Notes: generated by a model not told the origin, from the sequence alone. Positions 1 through 10,668 are shown, numbered from the stretch's first letter. The stretch: 27,421 bases of DNA from Octopus sinensis (GCF_006345805.1 NW_021833338.1:1-27421); one strand, 5' to 3'. A program made the numbers and translations.

Positions 1-600
1 AAAATACTAGAGGTGTGCAAGACACAGATTTCAAGACAACATATGATTCTCAATTCTAGGATCACTGGAACTTTCAAACTGTTTGGCAATTCCAACAATT
101 TATTTGAACTGGTATCTGATCAGTATATGAAGGTGAAGAATCGATTTCTATGCAAATGGTAAGAATCTTGGATCTGTGGGAATTAAGATGGCAATGTTCC
201 AAATATTCCAAGAGAAATACTTTTGCTTCACACGATTTTATTATTGCCTTAATCGAATTATCGATGACCCAACATGACACCTGAAATGAGTATAGACTTG
301 AAAAAGATAACTAACATTTTTGACAAGAGAGATCATCTATGTAGCAGATCGATATGATAGAACTAGCAGCCAAATTTCTCTCAAATTACACAAATAGATA
401 AAGGGACTCATTAGATATATTCATTATTATTTTGGTTTATTTCCATTCCGTCCTGTAATACACATTGGTCCTTATATGGACGAATTCTATAGTATTCCAG
501 TTGTTTATTCTTCGAGGAATGGTTAATATTTCCGGAGAGAGGAACACTGTGAATGGCCCGGCCCCTGACGGCCCTTTTTACGGTACAACGCGGCTGTTTC

Positions 601-716
601 TGAGAGAGAGAAAGAATGAGAAAGAAAGAGAAAGAGAAAAGGGGAATAAGACAGAGAGAAAGAGAGAAAGTGAGAAAGTGAAAGAGACAGACAGACAGAC
701 AGAGAAAGAGAGAGGA
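601..716. repeat. GA-rich simple repeat
   Basis: Runs of GAGA/GAAA/GACA; explains the spurious ORFs 465..725 and 523..744. Confidence 0.9.
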
Positions 717-721
717 CAGAA

Positions 722-872
722 TTGATCTCCGTACTTGAGATCAATTATAGATTCAGGAAGGATGGAAGGCTAGATTTGGCAAGATTTGAATTCAAAGCAC
801 AGAGAGGTCAGAACACATGCCACACAACTTTCTGTCCGATCATCTAACGACTCATACAAATTACCCGCCATT
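722..872 (-). mobile_element. Highly degenerate tRNA-derived SINE (family B)
   Basis: Reverse complement (atggcgggtaat...gtcgttag...gaattcaaatcttgcc...ccttccatcct) aligns loosely by eye to the intact family B copies at 4926 and 5486. Confidence 0.5.
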
Positions 873-989
873 TTGAGTAATGCAGTCTGAGATAAACTAT
901 ATTTTTGGAAAGGTGCGACAATCATAGTTAGAACAGCTTTAACTACACACACCTGGGAAATGAGATCTGAATCACGATTAAAGAGCAAC

Positions 990-990
<1 letters not shown>

Positions 991-1024
<34 letters not shown>

Positions 1025-1045
1025 ATGATGATGATGATGATGATG
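991..1045. repeat. Compound microsatellite (CTG)n-(GAT)n
   Basis: About 10 CTG units followed by about 8 GAT units. Confidence 0.95.
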
Positions 1046-1174
1046 AAACTGATACTCTAAGCTAAAGTGAAGACTGATTCTTAAAGTCATTTGAATAAAT
1101 TAGGAAAGAAAGGAATAAGAGAAGCAACTAAGAAATGGATAACCCGTCAGATGGTAGAGACTTATCAGTCCGTT

Positions 1175-1510
1175 TCATAGTCCCGGCAGACACAATGAAA
1201 AAGGCTTCGCCCCGAAGGATAGCGACGGAGACGCGCTGGAAGAGCCATTCCGACTCGCGTAGCTCGCACTTGTCCGGATAACATTGAGTATGCATGTAGT
1301 CCGGAGACCAAGAACACCGGAGGTCTCCACTGCCACAGGCTCGATCCCAAATCTGTCAGACAGCGGCCGATACTTTGTTATTTTGCCCTTCTCGGCTCGG
1401 CTAACTGCGAAGCCTGGACTGGCAGCCAAACACACCAAGCTGCCGCTGGATAAGATGTTGCAACATGTGGCATCCCAGATGAGGTGCCTCTTACTGTTGG
1501 AGATATAAGA
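1175..1510 (-). mobile_element. 3' fragment of a CRE-clade non-LTR retrotransposon (restriction-like endonuclease domain), frameshifted
   Basis: Minus strand reads LIWDATCC...AEKGKITKY...EPVAVETSGVLG, then after a frameshift RESEWLFQRVSVAILRGEA. This matches the CRE-type C-terminal pattern WDAT...K..KY...P.A.ET.G..G...FQR.S.A..RG.A. Confidence 0.75.
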
Positions 1511-2704
1511 ATGGAGTTTGGTATTCAAAATTGTTATGTGATATTAGTGATAATGAGTAAACGTGTAAACAGTCATAAAATAAATCTACTCGCTTGAAAA
1601 TATAAATGGGCGGCGAAGACTATTGCTAAAACTTAAACTCGGTGGTTACATCTAGCAGTACTATTGACAGCTGATATTAATTCAACTAAAACATTATATT
1701 TCTGTTACGAATATTATGACAGAGTTTGGCAGTCTCCTGTCGCGAAGTGAAGTAATACATTTTTATAGGGTTATAAAATGATAAATATTGAGTAACGTGT
1801 AGTAAACGAAAGATAAGGCATGGATTTATATTTAATAAAGAGTGAAGCATTATTTTTTTAATGTGTATTATCTGCTGCTAACATAAATGGGGAAAACATT
1901 AAAAAGAATAAGGGAATGGATATCAGTAAAAAAAATAACATGTTTTTTCATGGACACAAAAAGGAGCATAAAACATGAATTTTGAAGTTGGTTGCGAAAA
2001 GATTTCTAGTAAAAGATGCCTTTTTTTTCAAGGAATGCATCTGTCACTCAGAAGGACTCTCACCAATGTTATCTTTTTAGGGAGAAGGTTGAGAACGTAA
2101 CCCGTCTTGTCAGTGGCTGAACAATATTATCCCAGGAAGATTACAAATGCTGTCACGATAAAGTTTATTCCAATCTCTGTTAGAATCTGCTTTGAAAGAA
2201 AAAAATAAATTTCAAGTGTGTGTGTGAAGAGGTACGAACATATGAGCGAAATATTACCGAAAAATAATTCAGCAATATTTTTTCATTTTTTTTTTTCGTT
2301 TTTATTCTTTCCCCTTTTTTTTTTTTTTTCGGAAAATGGACAAATGCTCAGAAGTAGATTAGAATACACTGTGGAGCAGTATGAATGTGATATCAATAAT
2401 AGAGCCGAACACTAATTCTCACACGGCTTCCATTCCATCCTAATCAATTTCAAATAGAAATAGTATCAATAACTATCGAAATACCTGCATTGCTCTGAGC
2501 TGGTAATGTTTTAAGAAAAGTATTTTCTGTTTGAAGTTTTCAGATGTAGCGGATAAAGATTATTTTTTCCAGACAAGAAAGGAAAATAAGAAAACTAAAT
2601 GCATTTATGTGGTGGTCTCTATCAACAGAGACCTTGAAGACATTCTCCAATGGAGATATGCCAAAAATTTTTCCACGAATAAAAGTCACTCTTGGTATCG
2701 AAAA

Positions 2705-3305
2705 AATATGATTGCATCTCACTCCTTTGAACACGGATAACAGGTGTCTACAGTCCGCTTCAAATGTTCGTCCTCACAATATTTGAGGATCGCATATGGA
2801 AGAGACACATCAGGCCGCATCCCAAACGTTGGACATTCTTTTCCGAGCAAAACAGTCGCCATTAATACAAAGCTCAGAGTAGCCAACAGAGGAATATTCT
2901 TCAAACACCTGACACAGTATTAGTGGTACGCACACTGGCAACACCCTGAGAAAGATCACTCGATTGAGTGACTTAAAACCACGGAGACACGCTCTAGCCT
3001 TTGGCCCACAAATGCGTTGTTGTCCCTCTTTTATCCCCCCCCCTACTACGATGACCTCCGCTCCCAGGAGCAAATTGATCCCTTGCCACATCCACTCAGA
3101 CAATGCTAACTCACTAAAAGTTTTTCCTCTTATCACTCATTTTGATTCCAGACCCATCCTCCACCCATCTCCGCAGTAATTACAACAATCAGCCCTTCTT
3201 CTTTAGAGTACCGGTCCTCTGGAATCTCCTCTCCTGTTCGTGGCATTCTTGCAGCTGTTGAATTGCAACCGTTCAAGTAGAATGTGAATAATATCAATCT
3301 CGCTA
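2705..3305 (+). mobile_element. Decayed 3' end of a Jockey/CR1-group LINE ORF2 (post-RT region)
   Basis: Multi-frame remnants AASQTLDILFRAKQ, PTEEYSSN, PLAHKCVV..YY, FFRVPVLWNLL and LQPFK*NVN match the typical LINE tail AS..LG.L.R / RP.LEY.S / PL.HRR.V...FY.YY / FF.R...LWN.LP / FK..VN. Many stops and frameshifts. Confidence 0.65.
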
Positions 3306-3815
3306 GTTTTACTGAGAATGCCATGGACATAACCCCGTCCACCAGACTTTGCAAGTTAAACAAGGCTGGCGTTTACATTTACTACGAATGAACTGTAGTA
3401 AGTATGTACTGCAACTAAGAAATTATAATAGAATATGTTCGTAGAACTACAAAATGAATTTAGTTACGATCAATAGATAACTAATAAAGATAGCTTCAAA
3501 GCAAGAACAAACGTAGAAAATCCGTTTTCTGTCTCCAAGAAAGCCAACAAATATAAAAGACACGACAGTCGTGAGGATAAATAAATGAAGTAGTGAAAAT
3601 AAAATTAAAATCGAGCTGAAAAATTGGCTACAGAGTATCATGCTAAAGGATTTGCATGACCCGTGCCTGGAAATAATTAAAAGTGCGAAAAAAGACAAAA
3701 ATGAAAATACTCCGAACTGGCTGAGAGGTTACGGAGTCAAAACTGAAACCGAAAGCTTTTTGATTATGACACGTCGTAAAACTACAAAACAAATGTGATG
3801 TCATAATTAGGTGCA

Positions 3816-3964
3816 GGCGTGGCTGTGTGATAAGGAGCATGATTCCAAACCACATGGTTCCGAGTTCAGTCCCACTGCGTGGCAACTTGGGCAAGTGTCT
3901 TCTACTGTAGATCGGGTCAACCTAAGCCTTGTAGACGGAAACTGAAAGAAGCCCGTCGTATATA
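3816..3964 (+). mobile_element. tRNA-derived SINE family A, 5' head only
   Basis: ggctgtgtgataag...ggttccgagttcagtcccactgcg...gaaactgaaagaagcccgtcgtata, same as 9175-9330; carries A-box-like and B-box-like Pol III motifs. Confidence 0.85.
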
Positions 3965-4326
3965 CTCTTTACTCTTTAACTTGTTTCAGTCATCTGACTG
4001 TGGCCATGCTGGAGCACCGCCTTTAGTCGAGCAAATCGAACCCAGGACTTATTATTTGTAAGCCTAGTACTTATTCTATCGGTCTCTTTTATCGAACCGC
4101 TAAGTTACGGGGACGTAAACACACCAGCATCGGTTGTCAAGCGATGTTGGAGGGACAAACACAGACACTCAAACATATACACACACGTACATATACATAT
4201 ATATACATATATACGATGGGCTTCTTTCAGTTTCCATCTACCAAATCCACTCACAAGGCTTTGGTCGGCTCGAGGCTATAGTAGAAGACACTTGCCCAAG
4301 GTGCTACGCAGTGGGACTGAATCCGG
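3964..4326 (-). mobile_element. SINE family A, near full length, inverted relative to the adjacent head
   Basis: Reverse complement of 9215-9580, including the internal (TA/CA) tract and the tail ggcggtgctccagcatggcc...gaaacaag. Confidence 0.9.
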
Positions 4327-4423
4327 GAGTGTATGTATGGGTGTATGTTTATTCCCCCACCCCAACATTGCTTGACATATATATAGGAAATAAAGTCAGT
4401 TGTCACATCAAAGTGTGTGTTCT

Positions 4424-4632
4424 ATGTTACTACTAGTTTAACCCCGGGCAGATTCTCCGCCAGCTGGTTATCGGTGTGACTCTGCACCCTTTATATACAA
4501 TATATTGTTAGCAAGGCGTGGGTGGTAGGGGTTCGCTTTCCTTGCTAACAATATGTTGTATATAAAGGGAGCAGAGTCGCACCGGTAACCAGCTTGCGGA
4601 GAATCTGCCTGGGGTTAAACTAGTAGTAACAT
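4424..4632. mobile_element. Foldback/MITE-like hairpin (93-bp arms, 23-nt loop)
   Basis: 4424-4516 is the reverse complement of 4540-4632 with 6 mismatches; internal TTAA-CCCC...GGGG-TTAA. Confidence 0.75.
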
Positions 4633-4723
4633 GGAGCAGCCACTTTGAAGTGGCGACTGGCTTTACTTTTTAGTGTAGTTACTACTCTGATCTCTTCTTG
4701 AGATTTTACAACTAGCTATTTCA

Positions 4724-4762
4724 TGTGTGTAAGCGTGTGTGTGTATGTGTGTGTGTGTGTGT

Positions 4763-4840
<78 letters not shown>
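4724..4840. repeat. (TG)n microsatellite
   Basis: Direct reading. Confidence 0.97.
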
Positions 4841-4843
<3 letters not shown>

Positions 4844-4925
4844 GTTTCACCTAGCAATAACCACGCCTCGGATTCACCTCATTGGCCATGGTGGAGCATC
4901 AGCATTACGAATTACTTAATACTTT

Positions 4926-5160
4926 AAGGCGGCGAGCTGGCAGAATCGTTAACACGCCGGTCGAAATGCGTAGCCGTATTTCGTCTGCCGTTATGTTCTG
5001 AGTTCAAATTCCACCGAGGTCGACTTTGCCTTTCATCCTTCCGGGGTCGATAAATTAAGTACTGGTTGCGCACTGGGATCGATAATCGACTTAATCCGTT
5101 TGTCTGTCCTTGTTTGTCCCCTCTATGCTTAGCCCCTTGTGGGTAGTAAAGAAATAGGTA
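4926..5160 (+). mobile_element. tRNA-derived SINE family B
   Basis: aaggcggcgagctggcagaatcg (A-box-like) ... gagttcaaattcc (B box) ... gtcgactttgcctttcatcc ... gtaaagaaatagg; multiple copies in the window. Confidence 0.9.
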
Positions 5161-5409
5161 CTTAATACGAGGAGTCATATACAGTAGTGTTAAAGAACAA
5201 AAACTGACACAGTGGCGTTACATGTAATACAAATAGTGTAAGAGACGTCTCCCGCAAATAAAAATACGCTTAGTAGATTTACAACAATATCATCCTTTAC
5301 ACCTTCGACTTTAAATCGAAAATTTATAAATTTCTTTCCGATATCTTTTGGATACAAAATACAATATATTTTTGGTCTCAAATTTTGGCTCAAAGCCAGC
5401 ATTTCCGGT

Positions 5410-5478
5410 TACAGACAACTGGAACTTATTTTTGCGACCCCGAATGGATGAAAGGTAAAGTCGACCTCGGCAGAATTT
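5410..5478 (-). mobile_element. SINE family B internal fragment
   Basis: gaccccgaatggatgaaaggtaaagtcgacctcggcagaattt is the reverse complement of the family B core. Confidence 0.75.
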
Positions 5479-5485
5479 TAAAAGT

Positions 5486-5904
5486 AAGGCGGCGAGCTGG
5501 CAGAATCGTTAGCACGCCGGGCGAAATGCTTAGCGGTATTTCGTCTGCCGTTACGTTCTGAGTTCAAATTCCGCCGAGGTCGACTTTGCTTTTCATCCTT
5601 TCGGGGTCGACATATTAAGTACCAGTTACGCACCGGGGTCGATATAATCGACTTAATCCGTTTGTCTGTCTTGTTTGTACCATCTGTGTTTAGCCCCTGG
5701 TGGGTAATAAAGAAATAGGTATTTCGTCTAGCGTTACGTTCTGAGTTCAAATTCCGCCGAGGTCGACTTTGCCTTTCATGCTTTCGGTGTCGATTAAATA
5801 AGTACCAGTTACGCACTTGGGTCGATATAATCGATTAAATCCGTTTGTTTGTCCTTGTTTGTCCCCTCTGTGTGTAGCCCCTTGTGGGCAGTAAAGAAAT
5901 AAGA
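5486..5904 (+). mobile_element. SINE family B with tandemly duplicated body
   Basis: Full unit 5486-5720, immediately followed by a head-less second unit starting gtatttcgtc (about 5719-5904). Confidence 0.9.
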
Positions 5905-6199
5905 ATTTTAAAAATAAAGACGGGCAAAATGCCGCTAAGCATTTTGTCTGGCCTACTAAGGATCGTGCTTGCTTATCACCTCACTAAACTTGCCCAAGTT
6001 GCGACGCAATGGCACTAAACGAGAAATCATGTGGTTAAGACGCGAACTTCCTTCCGCCCATCCATGGGCATTACGATATAATTCTTATTATATCGCATTA
6101 CGATATAACTCTTCAAAAAGTATTTATGCATGCATGACCGTTACGTATGCGTATATGTGTTTACATAAAAATACTTTTATATCTATATATATATACTTG

Positions 6200-6362
6200 C
6201 ATGACTTTGTGGTGCAGAGGCTCGTTTTGCAACCAAGCGTACTGGGTTCGGTCTCATCGTGCGTCACCTTGGGCACATGTCTTTCGCTATAGCGTCGGGC
6301 TGATCGATGCCTTTCGTGAGAATTTAGTTAGACAAATGAATGATGGCGGAAGCTCGTCGTAT
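6200..6362 (+). mobile_element. Degenerate SINE family A head
   Basis: gtggtgcag...gggttcggtctcatcgtgcgtcaccttgggcacatgtct...gaagctcgtcgtat resembles 9175-9330. Confidence 0.6.
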
Positions 6363-6382
6363 TTGTACATATATATATATAT

Positions 6383-6614
6383 ATTTCTTTACTACCCACA
6401 AGGGGCTAAACACAGAGGGGACAAACAAGAACAGACAAACGGATTAAGTCGATTACATCGATCCCAGTGCGTAACTGGTACTTAATTTATCGACCCCGAA
6501 AGGATGAAAGGCAAAGTCGATCTAGACGGAATTTGAACTCAGAACGTAACGGCAGACGAAATACGGCTACGCATTTCGCCCGGTGTGCTAACGTTTCTGC
6601 CAGCTCGCCGCCTT
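6383..6614 (-). mobile_element. SINE family B
   Basis: Reverse complement of 4926-5160 at high identity. Confidence 0.92.
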
Positions 6615-6745
6615 TGTACATATATATATATTTGTGTGTGTGTGCATGTGTGTGTATCTGTGTGTGTGTGTGTATGTGTATGTGTGTGTGTGTGTGTGTG
6701 TCTGTGTGTGTGTGTAAATAATATTCAGACACACACACACACATT
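6615..6745. repeat. (TA)/(TG)/(CA) microsatellites
   Basis: Direct reading. Confidence 0.9.
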
Positions 6746-7099
6746 CATATATTTCTACTGACAAAGACTGCTACCAACTCTCCGAGTACTTTACATCATG
6801 CTACCAAGGAACGTTAACAATAAATCTCATTTTAGAACATTATGTTTATACCATAGATAAGAACAGGCAGAGTAAATTACTTCTGCAGACTTTGGAATTG
6901 TATAAAAATCAAATCTGACATTCTTAACATGAAAAAAAAAGAGAGAGGAAAAAAAAAACAATACAAACAACTTTTATATTCCTTTGATATTTTTTGCAGA
7001 GGCGTTATTGCGAATAGTATACAATATTTTAGTGTATTCTTTAAGAATTCTAGTATGACAAACAAAATATTGACCACCATAGGTTATGTCTATATTAAC

Positions 7100-7540
<441 letters not shown>

Positions 7541-7659
7541 ATTGCGAAGATTAAAGATGTTGTCAGGTGCACTGATTTTCAGGTACAGGTATCGTTACTG
7601 TTTATAAAATAATTGAATTAAAGACAACACAATTCTATAATATACACGGTTAGCATAGT

Positions 7660-7707
7660 AGTCTCTCTTTCACTCTCCTTCTCTCTGTCTGTCTGTCTCT
7701 CTTTGTC

Positions 7708-7751
<44 letters not shown>

Positions 7752-7805
7752 TTTCTCTCTCACTCTCACTCTCTCTCCCCACTCTCTCTCACCACTCTCT
7801 CTCTA
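7660..7805. repeat. (CT)n-rich tract
   Basis: Direct reading. Confidence 0.95.
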
Positions 7806-8180
7806 CCTTGTGTCTGTTCAATGTAAGAGTGCATTATTTAATATACTTATAAATAAAAATAAACTTCCGCATTCACTAAATTTTGAGATACTCAATAATA
7901 AAGTAACATATCTTACGTATATTACTGAGGGGCATCGAGTTGTCTATCAATGTCGTGTAAATATATGTGTGTATGAGTGTGTGTGTGTGTGTGTGTGTGT
8001 ATACACATACACATATATATATGTATATGTATACTAATCTATTCTAGTTCGAATCACACGTGTCTCGAGGTGCGCCGAAGATTTTTCTATTTTGGATATA
8101 TTTGGGGTACTTAAGTCTGCTCGGGACTTGGTGCTTGCTTTTTCCATGGGTATGAGTAAATATTTCATTCATATCTCGCG

Positions 8181-8246
8181 TATTTGCCGCTGAAGAGGGG
8201 AAAATTTGTTGTGAATTAACCCCGAAATTGGACCAATACGGTAATA
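8181..8246 (+). ncRNA. Type I hammerhead ribozyme motif (HHR-1)
   Basis: Stem I tatttgccg (8181-8189) / cggtaata (8239-8246); core CTGAAGA 8190-8196; stem II GGGG 8197-8200 / CCCC 8220-8223; GAAA 8224-8227; palindromic stem III ATTGG-A-CCAAT; predicted cleavage after AUA at 8238. All conserved core nucleotides are present. Confidence 0.8.
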
Positions 8247-8383
8247 ACGAATTTTTTAGAGATTTCTATCGGTTTGTTTCGAGACGCATAAATTTAATGG
8301 TTATCGACAACTTTTTGTTTCGGCGTATCTGGCATTAGAATTTTCCTTCGACCCTTATCTTGTAAATTATGTATATGTATAAG

Positions 8384-8444
<61 letters not shown>

Positions 8445-8600
8445 TATTATATAAATTTATATTAGAGGGCATAATTATACATACATGCCAGGAGGCATTA
8501 TATATACTTGCCAAACGCTAAGAGGGACAATCAGTCATTTCTACCAAAAATTTACTAATCCACCGAATGCAACTTTCCAAAGTAAGACATTTAAAAATAT

Positions 8601-8647
8601 AGGCCTGTATCACAGTGATTTCATACTTACGTAATCATCAGCAGCCT
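8601..8647 (-). ncRNA. Type I hammerhead ribozyme motif (HHR-2a, left arm)
   Basis: Minus strand aggctg CTGATGA ttac-gtaa-gtat GAAA tcac-t-gtga TA caggcct; same as HHR-2b except one C missing in stem I. Confidence 0.7.
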
Positions 8648-8818
8648 GAATGTATTATAAATAAACAACGACCCCGCCTCGCTTAAGCCGAACAGCTAAC
8701 TGATCAACATTCACCCGGATGTAATATATATATTAAATCACCCATGTGCTTCGTGATGTTGATCAGTTAGCTGTTCGGCTTAAGCGAGGCGGGGTCGTTG
8801 TTTATTTATAATACATTC

Positions 8819-8866
8819 AGGCCTGCTGATGATTACGTAAGTATGAAATCACTGTGATACAGGCCT
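8819..8866 (+). ncRNA. Type I hammerhead ribozyme motif (HHR-2b, right arm)
   Basis: Stem I aggcctg (8819-8825) / caggcct (8860-8866), 7 bp perfect; CTGATGA 8826-8832; stem II tac/gta closed by a GTAA (GNRA) loop; GAAA 8845-8848; palindromic stem III ATCAC-T-GTGAT; predicted cleavage after AUA at 8859. The 10.1-11.1 position is U-U rather than G-C. Confidence 0.75.
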
Positions 8867-9004
8867 ATATTTTTAAATGTCTTACTTGGAAAGTTGCATT
8901 CGGTGGGATTAGTAATATTTTGGTAGAAATGACTGATTGTCCCTCTTAGCGTTTGGCAAGTATATATAATGCCTCCTGGCATGTATGTATAATTATGCCC
9001 TCTA

Positions 9005-9123
9005 TATATAAATTAATATGTTCAATAAGAAATAATTATTTTCGAAATTTTTTCTATATGAGGTTTTTACGCTATCTACCTGACAATTTTGTTAGTTTCC
9101 TTATTAAGTAGTGTCCTTAATTG

Positions 9124-9125
<2 letters not shown>
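9005..9125. repeat. Dispersed ~120-bp repeat (second copy at 18878-19000)
   Basis: aaattaatatgttcaataaga...gctatctacctga...ccttaattg occurs at both loci, roughly 85-90% identical by eye. Confidence 0.85.
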
Positions 9126-9173
<48 letters not shown>

Positions 9174-9174
9174 A

Positions 9175-9580
9175 TGGCTGTGTGGTAAGTAGCTTGCTTA
9201 CCAACCACATGGTTCCGAGTTCAGTCCCACTGCGTCGCAACTTAGGCAAGTGTCTTCTACTATAGCCTCGGGCCGACCAAAGCCTTGTGAGTGGATTCGG
9301 AAGACGGAAACTGAAAGAAGCCCGTCGTATATACATGTATATGTATATATATATGTGTGTGTGTTTGTGTGTCTGTGTTTGTCCCACACCCCCCAACATC
9401 GCTTGACAACCGATGCTGGTGTGTTTACGTCCCCGTAACTTAGCGGTTTGATAAGAAAGACCGATAGAATATGGACTAGGCTTACAAAGAATAAGTCATG
9501 GGGTCGATTTGCTCGACTAAAGGCGGTGCTCCAGCATGGAAGTAGTCAAATGACAGAAACAAGTATAAGAGTAAAAGAGT
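9175..9580 (+). mobile_element. Full-length SINE family A
   Basis: tRNA-like head (tggctgtgtggtaag...gagttcagtccc), internal (TA)/(TG) tract, tail ggcggtgctccagcatg...gaaacaagtataagagtaaaagag. Confidence 0.92.
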
Positions 9581-9621
9581 GTATATATATGCGTGTGTGT
9601 GTGAGGGGGTGGGTGTGTATA

Positions 9622-10668
9622 CACGAGGCGTGTTCATTAAAGATTTCCCCTGAACCACTTTCGGTTACTGCAGGAAACGGAAGTTGTACAGGTGTAATCA
9701 ATACATGTCCCTACATATCACATTGTAGCTTTCCACTCGTATTCATTTGTCTTTTACGGCTGCTGAAGTGGACTAAGGTGTTACAATGGAGGCAGTCGAA
9801 TGTAGATCAGCGATCAGGTTCTTATACTTGAAAGGTCGTACACCAAAAGAGACTTTCGATGAGATGAAAGAAGTTTATAGCGAGGATGCACATTCCGCCA
9901 TTGATGACGATACCATCCACAAAGTGGTAGCCGCCACTTTGGAAGATCACCGCGTAACTATTCGGCAACTAGCCCACGAAGTGAAGATAAGTGTAGGTTC
10001 CGTGGAAATAATTCCTCGTGACCATTTGCACATGCGGAAGTTGTCTGCATGAAGGATTACCCGGATGTTCACACCTTTTCAGAAGCAGGAGCGAGTCAAT
10101 AGCTCCTAGGTTCTTTTGGCAATATGCCAAGGAAAGGAGGAGGATATTTTCGGCAAACTTATCACACAAAATGGAACATGGTCCATCATTATGATACTAA
10201 GACTAAAGTCCTGTAGAAGCAATGGAAGCATGATAACTCACCACCTTCAAAGAAGGCTTGTGTATCCAATCCTCGGCAGGCAAGGTGATGCACACAATGA
10301 TGATGGATTTTCTAACAAAGAGCACCTCAATTAACGCTTCTCTGCTACAAAAATTGTGGGACACCAACAAAGCAGAGAGGCGTAACATGCTGACCAAATG
10401 AGTCCGCTTCCTCCAAGACAATGCCTTCCTTCACAATGCGCATGTTACCCAGTTGAAAGCACACTCCTGCAGCTATGAAAGCCTTCCTTATCCCCTTTAT
10501 TCTCCCGACCTCACACCATCTGACTTCCACCTCTTTCCAGCCATGAAGTCTTCTTTGAAGGGGAACCACTTTTCGCATAATGATGAACTTATTTCCGGGG
10601 TAAAGTCTTGGCTCCAGGCGCAACCTACCGACTTCTACAGACGACGTTTTCACAGCTGTATATTGCAA
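9622..10668 (+). mobile_element. Decayed mariner DNA transposon; transposase pseudogene from ATG 9786, 3' TIR missing
   Basis: Starts TA|CACGAGGCGTGTTC. MEAVECRSAIRFLYLKGRTPKETFDEMKEVY (HTH), RVTIRQLAHEVKISVGSV, and the mariner signature YSPDLTPSDFHLF. Internal deletion, stops and frameshifts; ends in (TA)n. Confidence 0.92.

Larger units (their letters stand above)
8452..9016. repeat. Near-perfect long inverted repeat (~255-bp arms, ~45-nt spacer); probable head-to-head PLE pseudo-LTR pair
   Basis: 8463-8710 is the reverse complement of 8756-9004 with only about 4-5 differences (mostly 1-nt homopolymer indels); weaker symmetry extends to about 8452/9016. Each arm carries a hammerhead motif. 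Confidence 0.9.

Noticed and set aside
1-164. Open frame from base 1 ending at a donor-like TG|GTAAGA (158/159); possible host exon
   Set aside because: Only 52 codons, no recognisable protein and no partner exon in the window; cannot be supported without RNA-seq or homology.
770-1090. ORF with polyH-polyQ resembling a transcription-factor low-complexity region
   Set aside because: The H/Q runs are a compound microsatellite and the ORF runs into a degenerate SINE; no recognisable domain or convincing splice sites.
4926-5020. tRNA-like sequences with A and B boxes (also at 3816, 5486 and 9175)
   Set aside because: They are SINE heads continuing into repeat bodies; no complete cloverleaf, so not tRNA genes.
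8711-8755. Palindrome spacer as a missed sequencing adapter
   Set aside because: The spacer does not resemble the PacBio SMRTbell hairpin and the right arm continues into a repeat found again at 18878; an artefact is unlikely, but a read-level check is still advised.
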